Assembly: GCF_006345805.1 (NCBI RefSeq)
Contig: NC_042998.1
Coordinates: 19,344,001-19,408,000, forward strand
Length of the DNA: 64,000 bases
Source: Octopus sinensis
Taxonomy: Eukaryota
Direction: 5' to 3'
The notes beneath the pieces are model-generated. The model had not been told where the DNA came from. It did not search any database and worked only from the letters and a program-made list of their open reading frames with translations. Positions 36,317 to 49,734 of the stretch are shown here, piece by piece (the stretch's first letter is position 1; every line of letters starts with the position of its first letter). Both the position numbers and the translations under genes were made by a program.

Positions 36317-37809
36317 TATTTCGTTTGCGTCATTATGATAACCCGCACCGTTTATACATTCACAAAAATGTCTGTTTCATTGCCAAAGTATATTGAATAT
36401 TCAGTCACATTACGTGGAATATATTTTATCGAAATTACGGTGTAACATATGCTGTACAATGTATCGATAGAATCAGATTTACTTTGAGAGTTTACTTTCT
36501 AAATACATTATGTTTTGAGATATTACTGTATATAGAATGATATATTTTCCTACCTTCAAAACATTACAGCATAACCTATTCCATCAATGGACACAAAAAC
36601 ATAATTTTTAACGTAATATTATTACAATTCACAAGTAGTGTATTACCCAATTTTGCAACCATTTTATAGCATAGAAACATTGAAAAAGCATTCACTATAG
36701 AATATGTATAACCCAAGTCTTTGAGAAAACATCCAATATTAATCTCATTTGGAGATAGGGATGTATTATTACTAGTGCATGGTTAAGGTAAATGCATTGT
36801 TCATGGAGTTTTTGTTGACCTTACACAAAGAGCCACGATAGTGTATTCAAAATAGAGAAATGTACAATAGTAGTTCCGCAAAAAAGAGAAATCCTGAAAT
36901 TAGCAATGCAAGCTGTGTCTAGCATTTATCAGTATAGTGAAGTAGTTTGTAGAGTTAATGTACATAAAATGAATAAATTATGAATGCAATTGAGATATGA
37001 ATCTGACACACTCACTCGAAAATCCTAGTGTCACATTGTTTGTGTCCGATAGATTTACTGTGCTTCGTACAAGAATATAGTCAATTCAGTAAATCTGAAC
37101 CAGTATTTTAAAAAATTTTATATATATATATAGATATATATATATACATCTGTGTGTGCTTGCATATGTACGAATGTATATATGTAAGTATGTATATCTG
37201 TATATATGTGCAGCTATACACACACACATATACAAATATGCAAGTGCAAAAACACGCACGCATATACGTATGAACGGCTCCGACTGTTGTCTGAGTTACA
37301 TATGATTTCCTATCAAGATTTCTGCTTAAATATCCACTAATATCTGATTTTTCTTTTAATATGAACTGAACGGATGAAAATGCGCTTATCCTTTTATTCT
37401 TCCATTTAAAAACCATTGTGAACGGCACGTGCAAGAACATGGATGCGGAAAGTTTCAGTTTTAATATTTTAAGGAATATTCTACATTTGTATTGAGCCCT
37501 TTAATTCCTCGTTTCTAGTGAATCAACAGAGATTTCTATACAAATAAATCCATATGCATATTTATACATACGAATATAGATGCATACATGCATTAATACA
37601 TATACGCACGTATATGTATAAACAGTGTGTGGTGTATGTGTGTGTGTATATATAAAGTACGTCGAAACAATGCATTGTCCAAAGATGATTAGGGTAAATG
37701 TTTTTTCATCCTCCTTTGATTTCTGAATTACTACTATTTAGCGGTTTGAGTTTGGCTGCTCTTTCTGGTGAGTCGAATGGCCTATCAGGGCTATTCCTTA
37801 ATATTGTTG

Positions 37810-37890
<81 letters not shown>

Positions 37891-37957
37891 ATATATATAT
37901 ATGTATGTATGTACGTATATGTATCTGTGTTTGTTCCTTCACGAGCTATACATGGCT

Positions 37958-38214
37958 CATAAGGGCCCGTTTTCCGGTTTCATTGGTGTATAGGTCCCCC
38001 AAATGAACGAGATGCCAGTCCGTTGTATGTAAGCTGCTAGATGCAGGAGGTAAGTGCGAGAGGAAGTTGAGGCGAAAGAGTCAGCAGAAGTTCGCCATTA
38101 CGTTCTGCTGGAGCTGCGTAGAGCTTTAGGTGTTTTGCTCATACACACACATCGCCTGGTCTGTGATTTGCATCCACGAGGCCGCTGTTCTAACCATTAG
38201 TCCATGTGCTTCCA
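37958..38214 (-). mobile_element. SINE family C, degenerate
   Basis: GAGCTTTAGGTGTTTTGCTCA...CGCCTGGTCTG...CCATGTGCTTCCAC. Confidence 0.75.
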
Positions 38215-38589
38215 CCATAAATATATATATAATTTTAATTTTAAATGTATCAATCGAAACATCTGTCGGTGATATGGTCATGTAAATTACTTAAACAACA
38301 TCTTATACGTTTGTCTCCAATTTCCATTCTTCTTATGTTCTCCAAAACACGTCTCACTTCGTCGGAATTATAAATCATACAAGTGTGGTTACTAATTTCT
38401 TAGGCGCTTATGTGACATTTGGTTACTCTTGTAACTACTTCTCTGGGTCTTTCCTTGTAAATTAAGCACAGACACACAGTCATACACACACATACAGACA
38501 GACACACACACACACATATATATATGAGGATATTATTGTTTATAATAATATCAGTGGTTTAGCATGCGTAAGAGAACTATTAATAATTA

Positions 38590-39950
38590 AGGGTACTAAC
38601 AATCAGTAGCGGCATGCTGACGTTGCAGTGAAGGTGACCATTAATTTCTTGACAAATCTTGTGCCATCACACAGCTTTGGTCGAGAAAGGTTGCGCAGGT
38701 ACATGAATGGAGCACTTATTTTCAATGGAAGGGAATGAGGAAGAGTTCCTGGTAGATGCAGCTAGTTTAGAAACTCAGCCTAGTAATTCATTATTTCCGA
38801 TTAGTCCATAAGAGAATCTGTAGATTTGTAAGCATGTTCGTTTCCTGGTAAAAGTTTCCCGGGTCTTTCATTTAAATTATTCATCTAAATGTTCTTTGGT
38901 GCCATGATTACACTTTCGCACAAACATGCAACATTTATGTAATTTGAAATTATTCCTGGAAAATCTTTTTCAATAAGTTCCTCAATCGAGCTGACCAAGT
39001 TGCAAATTTTTGCTGATCTCCATGTTGCAAAATAGTATGGGCAAATTGTTCCCACAGATGATCCCCAAAAAAACGTTCCCTTATTTTATAGAAAGGTTTA
39101 ACTCTTTGATATGTTTCCATAACATAGAAGATTTCAACCATGCTTTCAATTCATCCGCCGTTGTTCCCCTGAGAAACACTGGAAAAGTTTGTATGAAATC
39201 AACTGAAAGTCCTTCTGTCAAATCTCGCATGAAAGAATTGAAATTGCGCAAATCCTGCAGCATTCTGTTAAGAGCTGCTACTAAAATGTTATAGGTCATA
39301 GCTTCATCCCATATGATCAAAGAATATTTCATGAGCTAAAGAAGAACTTATACTAATAGGTTAATCATTTGAATTTAGATTGAATGGCAGCTTGAATGCT
39401 GCGTGAGCTGTTCGACCTCCTGGACGAAAGTCGCAGCAGTTCCAGAGCTCGTTCTGTCTAATGTTATTTCCTTTTTCTGCCGGACTTTGGTTATCACTAA
39501 ATTAGTAACAAAAGTTTTTCCAGTTTCTCCTGGTGCGTCTAAAAAATATAAACATCCTCTCTTATGTGTCATTTGGTCAATGATTGTTGTATATGCAATT
39601 TGTCGGTCTGGCAAAAGTTTCGGGATTTTTCTTCAAGGAAACTTGTTACTGAATCAATATCATATGAAGTTCCTCGCAAAATTCCTGCGATCAAATTATT
39701 CACCTCATTTCGATGAGTTTCAGGTAAGCCAAATTTACTGAGCACCTTCCATCCAATTGAGACAACGCGATCTTCAATATCAACCAATGCAGAAATAAAT
39801 ATGTCATTGTTGAATGCTGTTTGCTCTCAGGGAATCTTAATTGTGTTTGATAGATGTGGTCTTCTCATAAATCATTCTTACATTTGTGCTACAACGCTAA
39901 TGGATTACTTACTTCACAATGCAGGAGAATAATTACAAAAAGGTCTCTCA
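38590..39950 (-). pseudogene. Helitron Rep/Hel (Pif1-like helicase) remnant
   Basis: Frameshifted motifs DIEDRV..IG.K.L..FGLP, YFLDAPGETGKTF (Walker A), LIIWDEA (Walker B), and the C-terminal [16 protein letters not shown]. Confidence 0.88.
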
Positions 39951-40000
39951 AAGAAATTGTTCTGCGTGACATTGAAGGCCACACACACATTTTTATTATG

Positions 40001-40032
<32 letters not shown>

Positions 40033-40727
40033 TATATATCCTTATATTTGGATATGCTTATATAACCACATATACTTGTTTAAATGGTACGCTTTGCATA
40101 TAAGGATTCGTAAAATCCTATTGCCTTATACGATGTTTGTATTCTTGATCACATTCATGACAATTTATGAAATTGGATTTTCCTTCGGCTGAGATTATAG
40201 GAAAGAAATCATTTAATATCATAATGTGTTATTGCAAAGAAAAGAGGTTTAACCTTTCGTAACTAGTTTAAGTCTTAGTCATTAGTCATTATTCAAAGTG
40301 AGCGAGCATTGAAGTATGATACTGAGTAACATAAAATGAATGACAAATATTGAAAATTCAACCGATACTCAAGAAGAAAAAAGGAATCGCTTGCGAACTA
40401 AATTAGTGGATGGTAATTTCTATATTCATAATATGAGGATTTCACGTCTGTTTCTGTCCAAAAATCAACGTAGCAGATATTCGATCAGCAGAAGGAACTC
40501 CTCCATGAATTAAACTACAGAGTATCCCGCGGAGGTAAACTCTGCCTTTCATTCATTAGACGGCAGCAGACTGACAGAACGATACAGACCAGATACGTAT
40601 TTTGCGTTATGAGTAGAAAGTCCGGAGTGATCGACGTGGTTTGTAATCAGTTATCACTTTTCAAACAACCAGCTGCTAACTTGGGTATATTTAGTGGCGT
40701 CTAGTCTGTTGCGTGAATTGAAGCCTG

Positions 40728-41027
40728 ATTACTCCAGGCGTCGGCTGCGGGGTCACTCCGAAAAGCCCTATCTGCGACGATTTCATCTCAATCATAGGAG
40801 AGGGGCATTCTCCGTCCGGGTTGCGGATCCGTGGAGTAAGCTGCCGGACGCGATAGTGAAGATGCCGACGACTGCTCGGTCCAACGTCTCTCTTGACCAG
40901 AAATGGCCTGAACACTTTGCAGGAACACCCTTCCTGTACATAACTCCATGTCCCCCTACATGGACTTGCTTTTTGCTTTTTGAACCAAAACATTATCTTA
41001 ACTTAACTTAACCTAAGTAACTTAACT
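40728..41027 (+). mobile_element. CR1-like LINE 3' fragment
   Basis: RRLRGHSEKPYLRRFHLNHRRGAFSVRVADPWSKLPD, matching the C-terminus at 52098-52300; (AACTT)n tail. Confidence 0.93.
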
Positions 41028-41630
41028 TACCGGTTTACAGATACTTTAGTTCCCCTCTTAGATTAGTCTCAAATGTCATGAAAATACATCGGTGAACTAA
41101 CGTCTGGCGTGGGGAAAAGATTAAACCTAAGTTTAACATCCACGAAAACCATTCGTGACCAAATGTTGAACAAAGTTCAATATGTTAATCAGTGTTTGAT
41201 CTACATCTGCCACTACTAAATTTACTAGCTACTAAACGTCATTCAAAAGGCTTTAAACGAGCTGTCCCCTAGCATACAATTATGTCATGGCTACGAAATT
41301 TAACCAACCATTTTGTTAATTGAAAACAAACGTAGGGAACAATTTGATCCATACGTTTTTACATGATACAGAGAAAATCCGATATTTTTACTAGAATAAA
41401 GATTGGTTCCGGCAAACAATTATTTGTTACATGGATGCGGAACCAGCAATGTGAGTGGCTAGAAATGGTCAATAAACACGTCTATATATCTAGTTAATAG
41501 GCAGTTTGTGAAACACGGAGATGAAATATGAAATCAGATATTTTAACTTTTGAACTCAGATGCAAGTATTTGCGAAATGTTTGATTTCCATGCATAATAA
41601 GAAATGGCATCCATACAGCATAGGGTATTG

Positions 41631-42845
41631 TATTGGTTCATCCCTTAAAGAATGCGGTTGAACTAAAAGTCAGAAGGGGGTGGGATAAATTACTTCCATC
41701 AACTTGCTATAAAAGGAGGTAGTAATTTTATCTGGAACTTAATCTTTGTGCAAGTCTTGAAGAGTGCAATTTGATTTTAACAGTTAGTTTTTCAAAGCTG
41801 TAATGGAAGTGACAAAGGAAGCATATTCAGCACATTTTGCTTTATGAGATCAATAAGGGCAAGAACACAAAGGAAACTGAAAATAATATTAATGCAGTAT
41901 ATGTATATCGGAGAAATAAGCGTAAGCCAGTGCCAACGTTGGTTTCAGAATTTGTGAGCCGGAAACTACAGCCTAGAGGACGAGGACGTCTTGTGAAACC
42001 TGGTGGAATAAACTCCAATCGTAACTGTTGATGAACTAGCAGAGAAGCTTGGAGTTGGTTAATGAAGCATTCATCGAATCCTTCGTGCCATCGGAAAAGT
42101 CAGCAAACAGAGTCAATGGGCTCCTCGCAAACTTTCCGAGTGTAGTCACGCACGGACAGTGAATGTGTGCTCTTCTTTGCTGTCACGTCACACGAATGGA
42201 CCATTTTTGGACAGAATAGTGACTGCTAATGAGAAATGAGCTCACTATAAAAATGTTAAGCACCGAAGATTGTAGATAGGGAAAGGAAAAACACCGGCAA
42301 CCCAGGCTAAAGAAGGTCTTTAACAACGTAAGGTGTTGTTATCCTTTTCGTGGATTTTGAAAGGTTTAGTCTACTTTGAACTTTAAAACGCAAACCAAAT
42401 AATAATAAAGGAGATCTACAACGAGCAACTGGATCGGATTAAGTCACCGCTAGAAGTAAAACAACCATCATTGGTTTCAAGACGAAAGATGTTCTTCCAT
42501 CAGGATATAGCTCGGCCACATAGAGTGATGATGACACTCCAAATGCTAGAACAGTTTGAATAGGAAACGTTGCCCCACTCATCATATTCACCGAAGACAT
42601 TGCCCCATCTGATTATCATTTATTCTGCAGTCTTCTAATTTATTTGACTGGAACAGTACTGCAGGCGTATGTTTTTTCAGGGACAAGTGAATGTTGCAAG
42701 TCTACCAGATAGATGGAAGGGCTTTGTAGAAGATGAAGGAGAGTATATTTTAGATTATATTTAAGATAAAAAAAACTTTGTTTATCTTAATTTTGAAAAT
42801 AAAAGAAGTTTAAAGAAACTGCACTATTAACGGGACGACCCAATA
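41631..42845 (+). mobile_element. mariner (DD34D) transposon, full length but decayed
   Basis: Imperfect TIRs TATTGGTTCATCCC / GGGACGACCCAATA; ATG at 41803; remnants HILLYE.NKG, QCQRWFQ, FLDRIVT.NEK, QDIARPH, YSP.DIAPSDYHLF. Confidence 0.9.
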
Positions 42846-43986
42846 ATATGTGACGCAGAGCATTAGCGTAACTCCGTTGAACGAACATTCGGAACCGATT
42901 TCAAATCCCCGCTGTAAGCACAGCAGAGAAAATATATGCTTGAATTTGTAGTGTCACCGCACAAATACCCTTCAGTGCGCATGCACGCACACACACACAC
43001 ACAAGCACTTAAATGTATGTGTGTGTGCGTGCATATGTCTATGTGTATATGTAACACATAATAGTAATTCGTATGTGAGCATGAACAGGCAACATGCACC
43101 AAATATTTGCTAATTATTTTCGGTGCTTATGTTGCAGCCATTAATCATTGATATTCTATTAAACTTTCCCATTCTGAACATTCGGGACGTCAAGAGTAAG
43201 GGATCTGTAGGGGAAGAGAGATACGGCAGACTGGTACTCTGGTGGTCAGATTGGAGCAACAGGAAAATTAATTACTTTGCTCTTTATCACAACTTTTTCA
43301 CCATCATATGAATCGAACCCATATTCTATAACCCCGAGACCAAGAGCTAACCTCTAATCATAAAGCCATAGAGTTATACACAATTCTGTAATATTCATTA
43401 TTATAAACAAGAAAATAGTATTAATTAATAAATTAATAATTAATAATTCGTAATTTTAATCTACGAGTGTTTGATTACATAGTATTTCATTGACCCTCAA
43501 TCTCTCTTAATTCTTGTGGTATTTTTCTGATTTTGTTAATAATTTGCTACCACAAAATTGATTGACGTATTCAATCCGTTTCCACTGAAATAAAGTTGGC
43601 TCCTTATCTCTTAAATGAGGACAACTTATTTGGTTCAATACAGTTAACCCGGAACTCACGTTCTTCAGAAATTTTCCCTTGCCTATGTTTTATTTCCAAA
43701 GAATTTTCATTCCACCATCTTTCCTTAATTACATCCGTTTTTTGATAAAACGCCCTTCAAAGTAAATTATATACGTATGTTATATTACCGCATTTAGAAA
43801 ATAGATTAGAGAGATGCGTATTCCAAATGTTTCTATAATTATGTGCCTGTTACGTTAACTCCCCTTTTACAATCTATTCTTGTTGAACAGGAATTGTTTG
43901 ACTTAGTCATTTCTAATTACAAAGAACCACTTAATGTAAGCACTGTGGATAACAAAGTTCTGTTGAGTTTCTGTCAAGCATTTGAA

Positions 43987-44206
43987 CCCTTTCGTTACTG
44001 TATTTATTTTGAGATGCTCTGTGTTTCTTTCAATTACATTAAATATAACAAAGAATTTAGTAAAATAACTTATTTATCATTAAGCTAGTGTTAGGAACAT
44101 AAATTGCGACTAAGGTTTGGAGGAATAGTTTAATTAAAAACTCATGAAAAGAAGACATTTGTACTCAGAGCCAGAGCCGGTTTCAGCCGGGTTGGTCACG
44201 AAAGGG
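43987..44206. mobile_element. piggyBac-like MITE
   Basis: 12-bp TIRs CCCTTTCGTTAC / GTCACGAAAGGG (11/12 match), flanked by TGAA and TTAA. Confidence 0.75.
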
Positions 44207-45264
44207 TTAATGAATCGAAGATTTGCTTTTCCTCACTATTCGACTGGTAAGAGCGATAAGGGGTATAATTCTGTCATTGGCACAAAGGAAAGATAGTTTT
44301 ACAAAATAGTATCACCTTATGTATGTACTGCAGAACTTGCCTCCTGTGTTATTTCGTTGAAAGAAGAATACGAGTTAAATTGTCCGATGCGAATTTAATC
44401 GCAGAACATAAACGGACGTAGCTAATTAGTGCATGGCGCCTTTACTGATGCACTACCGATTTTACCACAGAAATTTTGATAAAGATTTCTAATATAAGAA
44501 CAAGATCGGAAGGCTGGAGAAAATTAACAGTCTGTTATTATCAACATGATTAGAACGCAGAACGTAAAGAATAATACATGAGCATGCCAATCCTTGTTGT
44601 CCGTGGCTATACCAACTTTACGCTATAATTAATATAATGAACTATAAATGACTTTGGGGAAAAAATGCTACAGTTATTAAAAAAATTTAACGAAGTGATA
44701 TTTATTAGTTGCCACAGATATTATGTAGAGAATATTGGCTATTGATATCAAAACAAAAGCCATATATTAAGTGCACCAAATGGTTGTCATAGCAGTCATT
44801 ACATATGCCAACGCCATTATACATGTAAATGAAAGGAATTCAAATCAAAACATTTCGAGTAAATCATAACAGCAGGCTGATTAAATCTCACCAAAATATA
44901 CACACTATTTTTGTAGGAGTTATTTTTGATAGACAGAAAACTTTATTGACTTGTTCGTCTTGATATTAAGGTGAGCTACTTTCTAATTAACTGGCGGGAG
45001 CTGAAATTGTATATTGACACACTATTATTTCAATAATTATAGTAAATTCTATTGACTGGTGTGTTCTTCCTATTGTTAGAAGTAGAATCCGCAGATATCT
45101 ATAGTTCTTAAAGTACTGCACTTTAAGTAATGACGAAATTAACCTTTGTCAAACAAATAATTCGAACAGTTGTCTCGATTCTATCAAATTTTAATTCTCT
45201 GTCAAACATTCGATATATACTCATTGCGAAATTCAATTGTATGATGAACGTGGCATTTAGATAA

Positions 45265-45755
45265 ATCAATACCTCGACGGAAATTGAAATCAGAACGTAA
45301 AGACAGACGAAATACGGCTAAGCATTTTGCCCGGCGTGCTAACGATTGTGCCTTCACCTACATGATAACAATTGTTTCTACTTTAGGTACAAGGCCCCTG
45401 ACAATTTTGGGGAAAGGGATTAGTCGATAACATCGACCCCAGTGTTGCACTGGTACTTAATTTATCGACCCCGAAAGGCAAAGTCAACCTCGGCGGAATT
45501 TGAACTCAGAACGTAGCGGCAGGCGAAATCCCTATTTCTTTACTGCCCACAAATGGCTAAACACAGAAGGGACAAACAAGGTCAGACAAAAGGATTAAGT
45601 CGATTATATCGACCCCAGTGCGTAAGTAGTACTTATTTAATCGACCCCGAAAGGATGAAAGGCAAAGTCGACCTCGGCGGAATTTGAACGGCAGACGAAA
45701 TACGGCTACGCATTTCACCCGGCGTGCTAACGTTTCTGCCAGTTCGCCGCCTTAC
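45265..45755 (-). mobile_element. SINE family B cluster (fragment plus dimeric copy)
   Basis: Repeated GGCGGAATTTGAACTCAGAACG units; dimer junction at about 45520-45545. Confidence 0.88.
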
Positions 45756-45761
45756 CTACAT

Positions 45762-45780
45762 GATGATGATGATGATGATG

Positions 45781-45835
<55 letters not shown>
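45762..45835. repeat. (GAT)n-(AAT)n microsatellite
   Basis: Directly visible. Confidence 0.98.
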
Positions 45836-45838
<3 letters not shown>

Positions 45839-46115
45839 AATGTTAAAATCAAATAAAATTACAAAAATTCCTATTAAAAAGGGAAGATAACGTAATAGAC
45901 ACATAATTATAGAAACATTAACTGAATGACAATATTGCTTATAAGTGAAATTAAAATGAAAGGGAGATTTTTGATGGAGGAGATAGCAGTGAAAAAAATA
46001 ATTTGCAATAATGACGCTACTTGTTTAAAATAACTCAGTGAATGAAAGAGAGAGGGAGAGAGAGAACACTAGATTATCAAATATGCCATGGAAATCCCTC
46101 AATATATGGTAGGCC

Positions 46116-46722
46116 GAAGGCAGCGAGCTGAGAGAAACGTAAGCACGCGTCTGCCGCTACGTTCTGAGTGCAAATTCCGCCGAGGCCGACTTTGCCTTTC
46201 ATCCTTACGAGCTCGATAAATTAAGTACCAGTTGCGTATTGGGGTCGATCAAGGCTTTGTCCCTAGAGTAGAAATGAATATATGGTAGGCCGAAACGGTA
46301 CTGTATTAAACATCGGTTTATGTCCGGTTTGACATCGTTATAGTTGTGCCGAAAGGATGAAAGGCAAAGTTGACCTCCGCGGAATTTGAACTCAGAACGT
46401 AACGGCAGACGAAATATGGCTACGCATTTCGCCCGGCGTTTCTGCCAGCTCGCCGCCCTAAATGATTAGAAATTGTTGGCAACATAAGTTTAAGACCGTA
46501 CCAAGATTATGCAAATTATTTTCTACTCTAGGCGTAAGGTTCGAAATATGGGATGAGGGGCCAATCGATTAGATCGACCAGAGTGCACAACTGGTACTTA
46601 ATTTATCGATCTGGAAAGGATGAATGGCAAAGTTGGCCTCGGCGGAATTTGAACTCATAACGTAAAGACAGATGAAATACCACTAAAGATTTCGCCCGGC
46701 GTGGAAACATTTCTACCAGCAC
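46116..46722. mobile_element. Three SINE family B copies: 46116-46262 (+), 46345-46460 (-), 46515-46722 (-)
   Basis: Family B body motifs in both orientations. Confidence 0.88.
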
Positions 46723-46864
46723 CAAACGAGTGGTCGCATGGCTGGTCTACGGCAATGTTTTGTTTAATAATCCAGGATTGTTAAGACATTAATTCGCTAG
46801 GGGAAAGCGTCATAGTATCAGCCCAGTTACTAGATCAATAATCGTACTGCTTCATCAGCAAAAT

Positions 46865-47790
46865 GTGTCCTTCATGAATATTAGCAAGCCATTAGGATGC
46901 AGCAAAATGGCTTGTTTTCAAGCATGGAAGTATTACCAAACAACTGGCCAATACAAATATCGACAAGGAACGGCGTCTCCGAGGAAAACAACATTACAGA
47001 TGGATCGGCTAATTCATAGGCCTTCTGAAGGTAACCGAATGCTAACAGCAGTGCTGGACATTTGCAAGCAATTTTCTGATAAAACTGACATTAGCTTTAT
47101 ACCACAAACTGTCAGAAACCGTCTAAAAGGATTTGGACTGTTCGGCCACATCGATCGAAAGAAGCCGATAATTTTTGAGGCGAAGTGGCGGAAGCGGATC
47201 AAGTTCGCAAAAAGCCATATTCAATGGACGGCCGAAGACTAGTCAAAAGTTATTTGGAGCGACGAATCCCGCTCCTGCATCTTTGGATCAGATAAAAAGA
47301 CTTACATTAGACGCCGTCCAACTGAAGAATTCCATCAGGCGCAAGCGGGAGTATGAGGTATTATGGTTGGGGCCGCGTTTAGCAGCTTCGCTGTTGGTCC
47401 AATTCTTAAAGTTGATGGCAGACTGAGCAGTGTAAGCTACCTGTAAATAGTAATTGAAATTGTGCTGCCATATTAAAAAAAAAATCAGATGCCACCGGGA
47501 TCTGTTTTCCAGCAAGACAATTGCCCCTTTCATAAGGCTAAGAAAGTTTTGCAATATTTTGAGTGTAATAATATGGTCGTTGTTGAGTGGCCTACGCAAA
47601 GCCCGGATTTGAATCCGATAGTAAATTTATGGAATTATGTTTATAAAAGAGTTTATGCTAAAAAAAGAACGACAAAGTTGTCCCAATTATGTAATTTTAT
47701 TGAAGAAACATGACAGAACATTCCAAGTGATTTTTGTGCTCATTTCTCGAAATCCATGTCCCGCAGTTGTAAGGCTATAATTGGAAATAA
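46865..47790 (+). pseudogene. Tc1-like (DD34E) transposase remnant
   Basis: QTVRNRL..GL...RKKP, RIKFAK.H..WT, SDES-like, VFQQDNCPFH, WPTQSPDLNPIVNLW motifs across frameshifts. Confidence 0.88.
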
Positions 47791-47794
47791 TTAT

Positions 47795-48188
47795 TTCTGC
47801 TATAGGCACAAGGCCTGACGATTTTTAAGGAAGTGTAAGTAGATTACATCGACATCAGTACTCAACAGGTACCTAATTTATTGACTCTGAAAGGATAAAA
47901 GGCAAAGTCGATCTAGGCGGAATTTGAATTCAAAGCGTAGCTGCAGACGAAATCCCTATTTCTTTACTACCCACAAGGGGCTAAACACAGAGAGGACAAA
48001 CAAGGATGGACAAAGGGATTAAGTCGATTATATCGACCCCAGTGCGTAACTGATACTTAATTTATCGACCCCGAAGGGATGAAAGGCAAAGTCGACCTCG
48101 GCGGAATATGAACTCAGAACGTAATGGCAGACGAAATATGGCTACACATTTTGCCCGGCGTGCTAACGTTTCTGCCTACTCGCCGCCT
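47795..48188 (-). mobile_element. SINE family B, dimeric form
   Basis: Same dimer junction as 35289-35690 and 45375-45755. Confidence 0.9.
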
Positions 48189-48987
48189 CTCTCTAATTGA
48201 AAATAATGGAACGAGATACTAATAATACATTTTTGTTCGTTGATCATTTGTGCCGTAAATTTTCAATTTAAACAAAATAATGTTGGTACGGTCTTAAACT
48301 TATTTTACCGACAATTTTTAATCATTGAATTAATTGCACATTCAAATTGTTCAAATTGGAGCAAGATATATAACGGCTACATCATTCGAAAGACAGAGCA
48401 ATTCTACACAAACTGTAAAAAGTAAAATGATTTTATACAGTTTCGTTAAAAAGAAATTAATGAAGATGTAGAACTGTCATCATCGATCTTTATATGCTAA
48501 AATCCCTGTACATAACAAAATGTTAAGAGTTCAGATAGAACCATCCCTCTCCATACCTGTATACAATGCAGTTTCACGAAGGACATCAAGCCACGGGATA
48601 AGATAGTATACGGAACACTAATCACATGATAGTGTTGATAAATTACGGAGATGTACTTGCATAGCAAGTGACTTGATCTGAGATCGTGTGCTGAAACAAA
48701 AATAATTGCGGCGTGAAAGGTGTTTATAAGCCATTTAAAATCTCACAAAAAGCGTTAGATTCATTTCAACATTTTAATTTAATTTGTGAAAATCTTTTCC
48801 ACGCTGCAATAAATATTAGTAATAAAATACAGTAAAAACGTAATTGGCATTTTGACATTTATGAAGCATATACATGTTTTAATAAATGAACTGACAGGAT
48901 TAAATTGTATAAACCTATCGCTCCACTTCGCCAATGTTTGCATAAGAAAGTAAAAGGTATCGTGTTAAGATTGATTAATACATATTT

Positions 48988-49280
48988 CCAGTTGTTAGGG
49001 CAGCGGAGTCGCGGTCGCAGGATCGCAGTTTCGTTTCCCAGACCGGGCGTTGTGTGTGTTTATTCAGCGAAAGCACCTAAAAGTCCACCAGGCACCGGCA
49101 GGGATTGGTGGCGACCCCTGTTGTACTCTTTTGCCCCAACCTTCTCTCACTCTTTCTTCCTGTTTCTTCAATAACACTGCGATCGACTGGTGTCCCGTCC
49201 AGCTGGGAGGAACGCATACGCCATAGAAACCGGGTTCGTGAACCTGGCTAGGCTTGAAAAGGGTGCATAAATAAAATAAA
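48988..49280 (+). mobile_element. SINE family C
   Basis: Body and tail match 18315-18630. Confidence 0.9.
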
Positions 49281-49632
49281 ATGTTGCGACAACATCAACA
49301 GTGATATTGGAGAAAATATTGAAGTAAACACGAAGAAGTATGACATCATGGTCATACAAATCCCCACTCAGTCAGACGTTCATTACTTGTGAATTCATTA
49401 GAAGAAATTTGCGGTAGTTACTGCAAAGTAATGTGCGTGGTGAGACAGTATGTTACATAGAAATCAGTTCTGTTTTTCTTTTAATATCATTGTAATTGCA
49501 AACATGTTTTCTAAATATGTTATTGTCATTTGACTAAACTGTTCTTTATTATATAATGCAACCATTTTGAATAACAATCTAGGAGATAAACCCTTTGTTA
49601 AACGATAATAGTAAGTTTGTGATTCCACTTAC

Positions 49633-49734
49633 CGAGATATTGGACGTCTGAAGAGTTTTGTCTTTTCCTGGGCCAAAACAAACATAGCTTTTATTTATCT
49701 TCAGAATACCGACTCGTAGTCGACATTTTTGTAT
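49633..49734 (-). other. Candidate 102-nt internal exon of an unidentified host transcript
   Basis: Acceptor TGTTTTTCTCTTTTATCTTCGAACAG, donor G/GTAAGT, open in phase 0 (IQKCRLRVGILKINKSYVCFGPGKDKTLQTSNIS). Confidence 0.35.
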
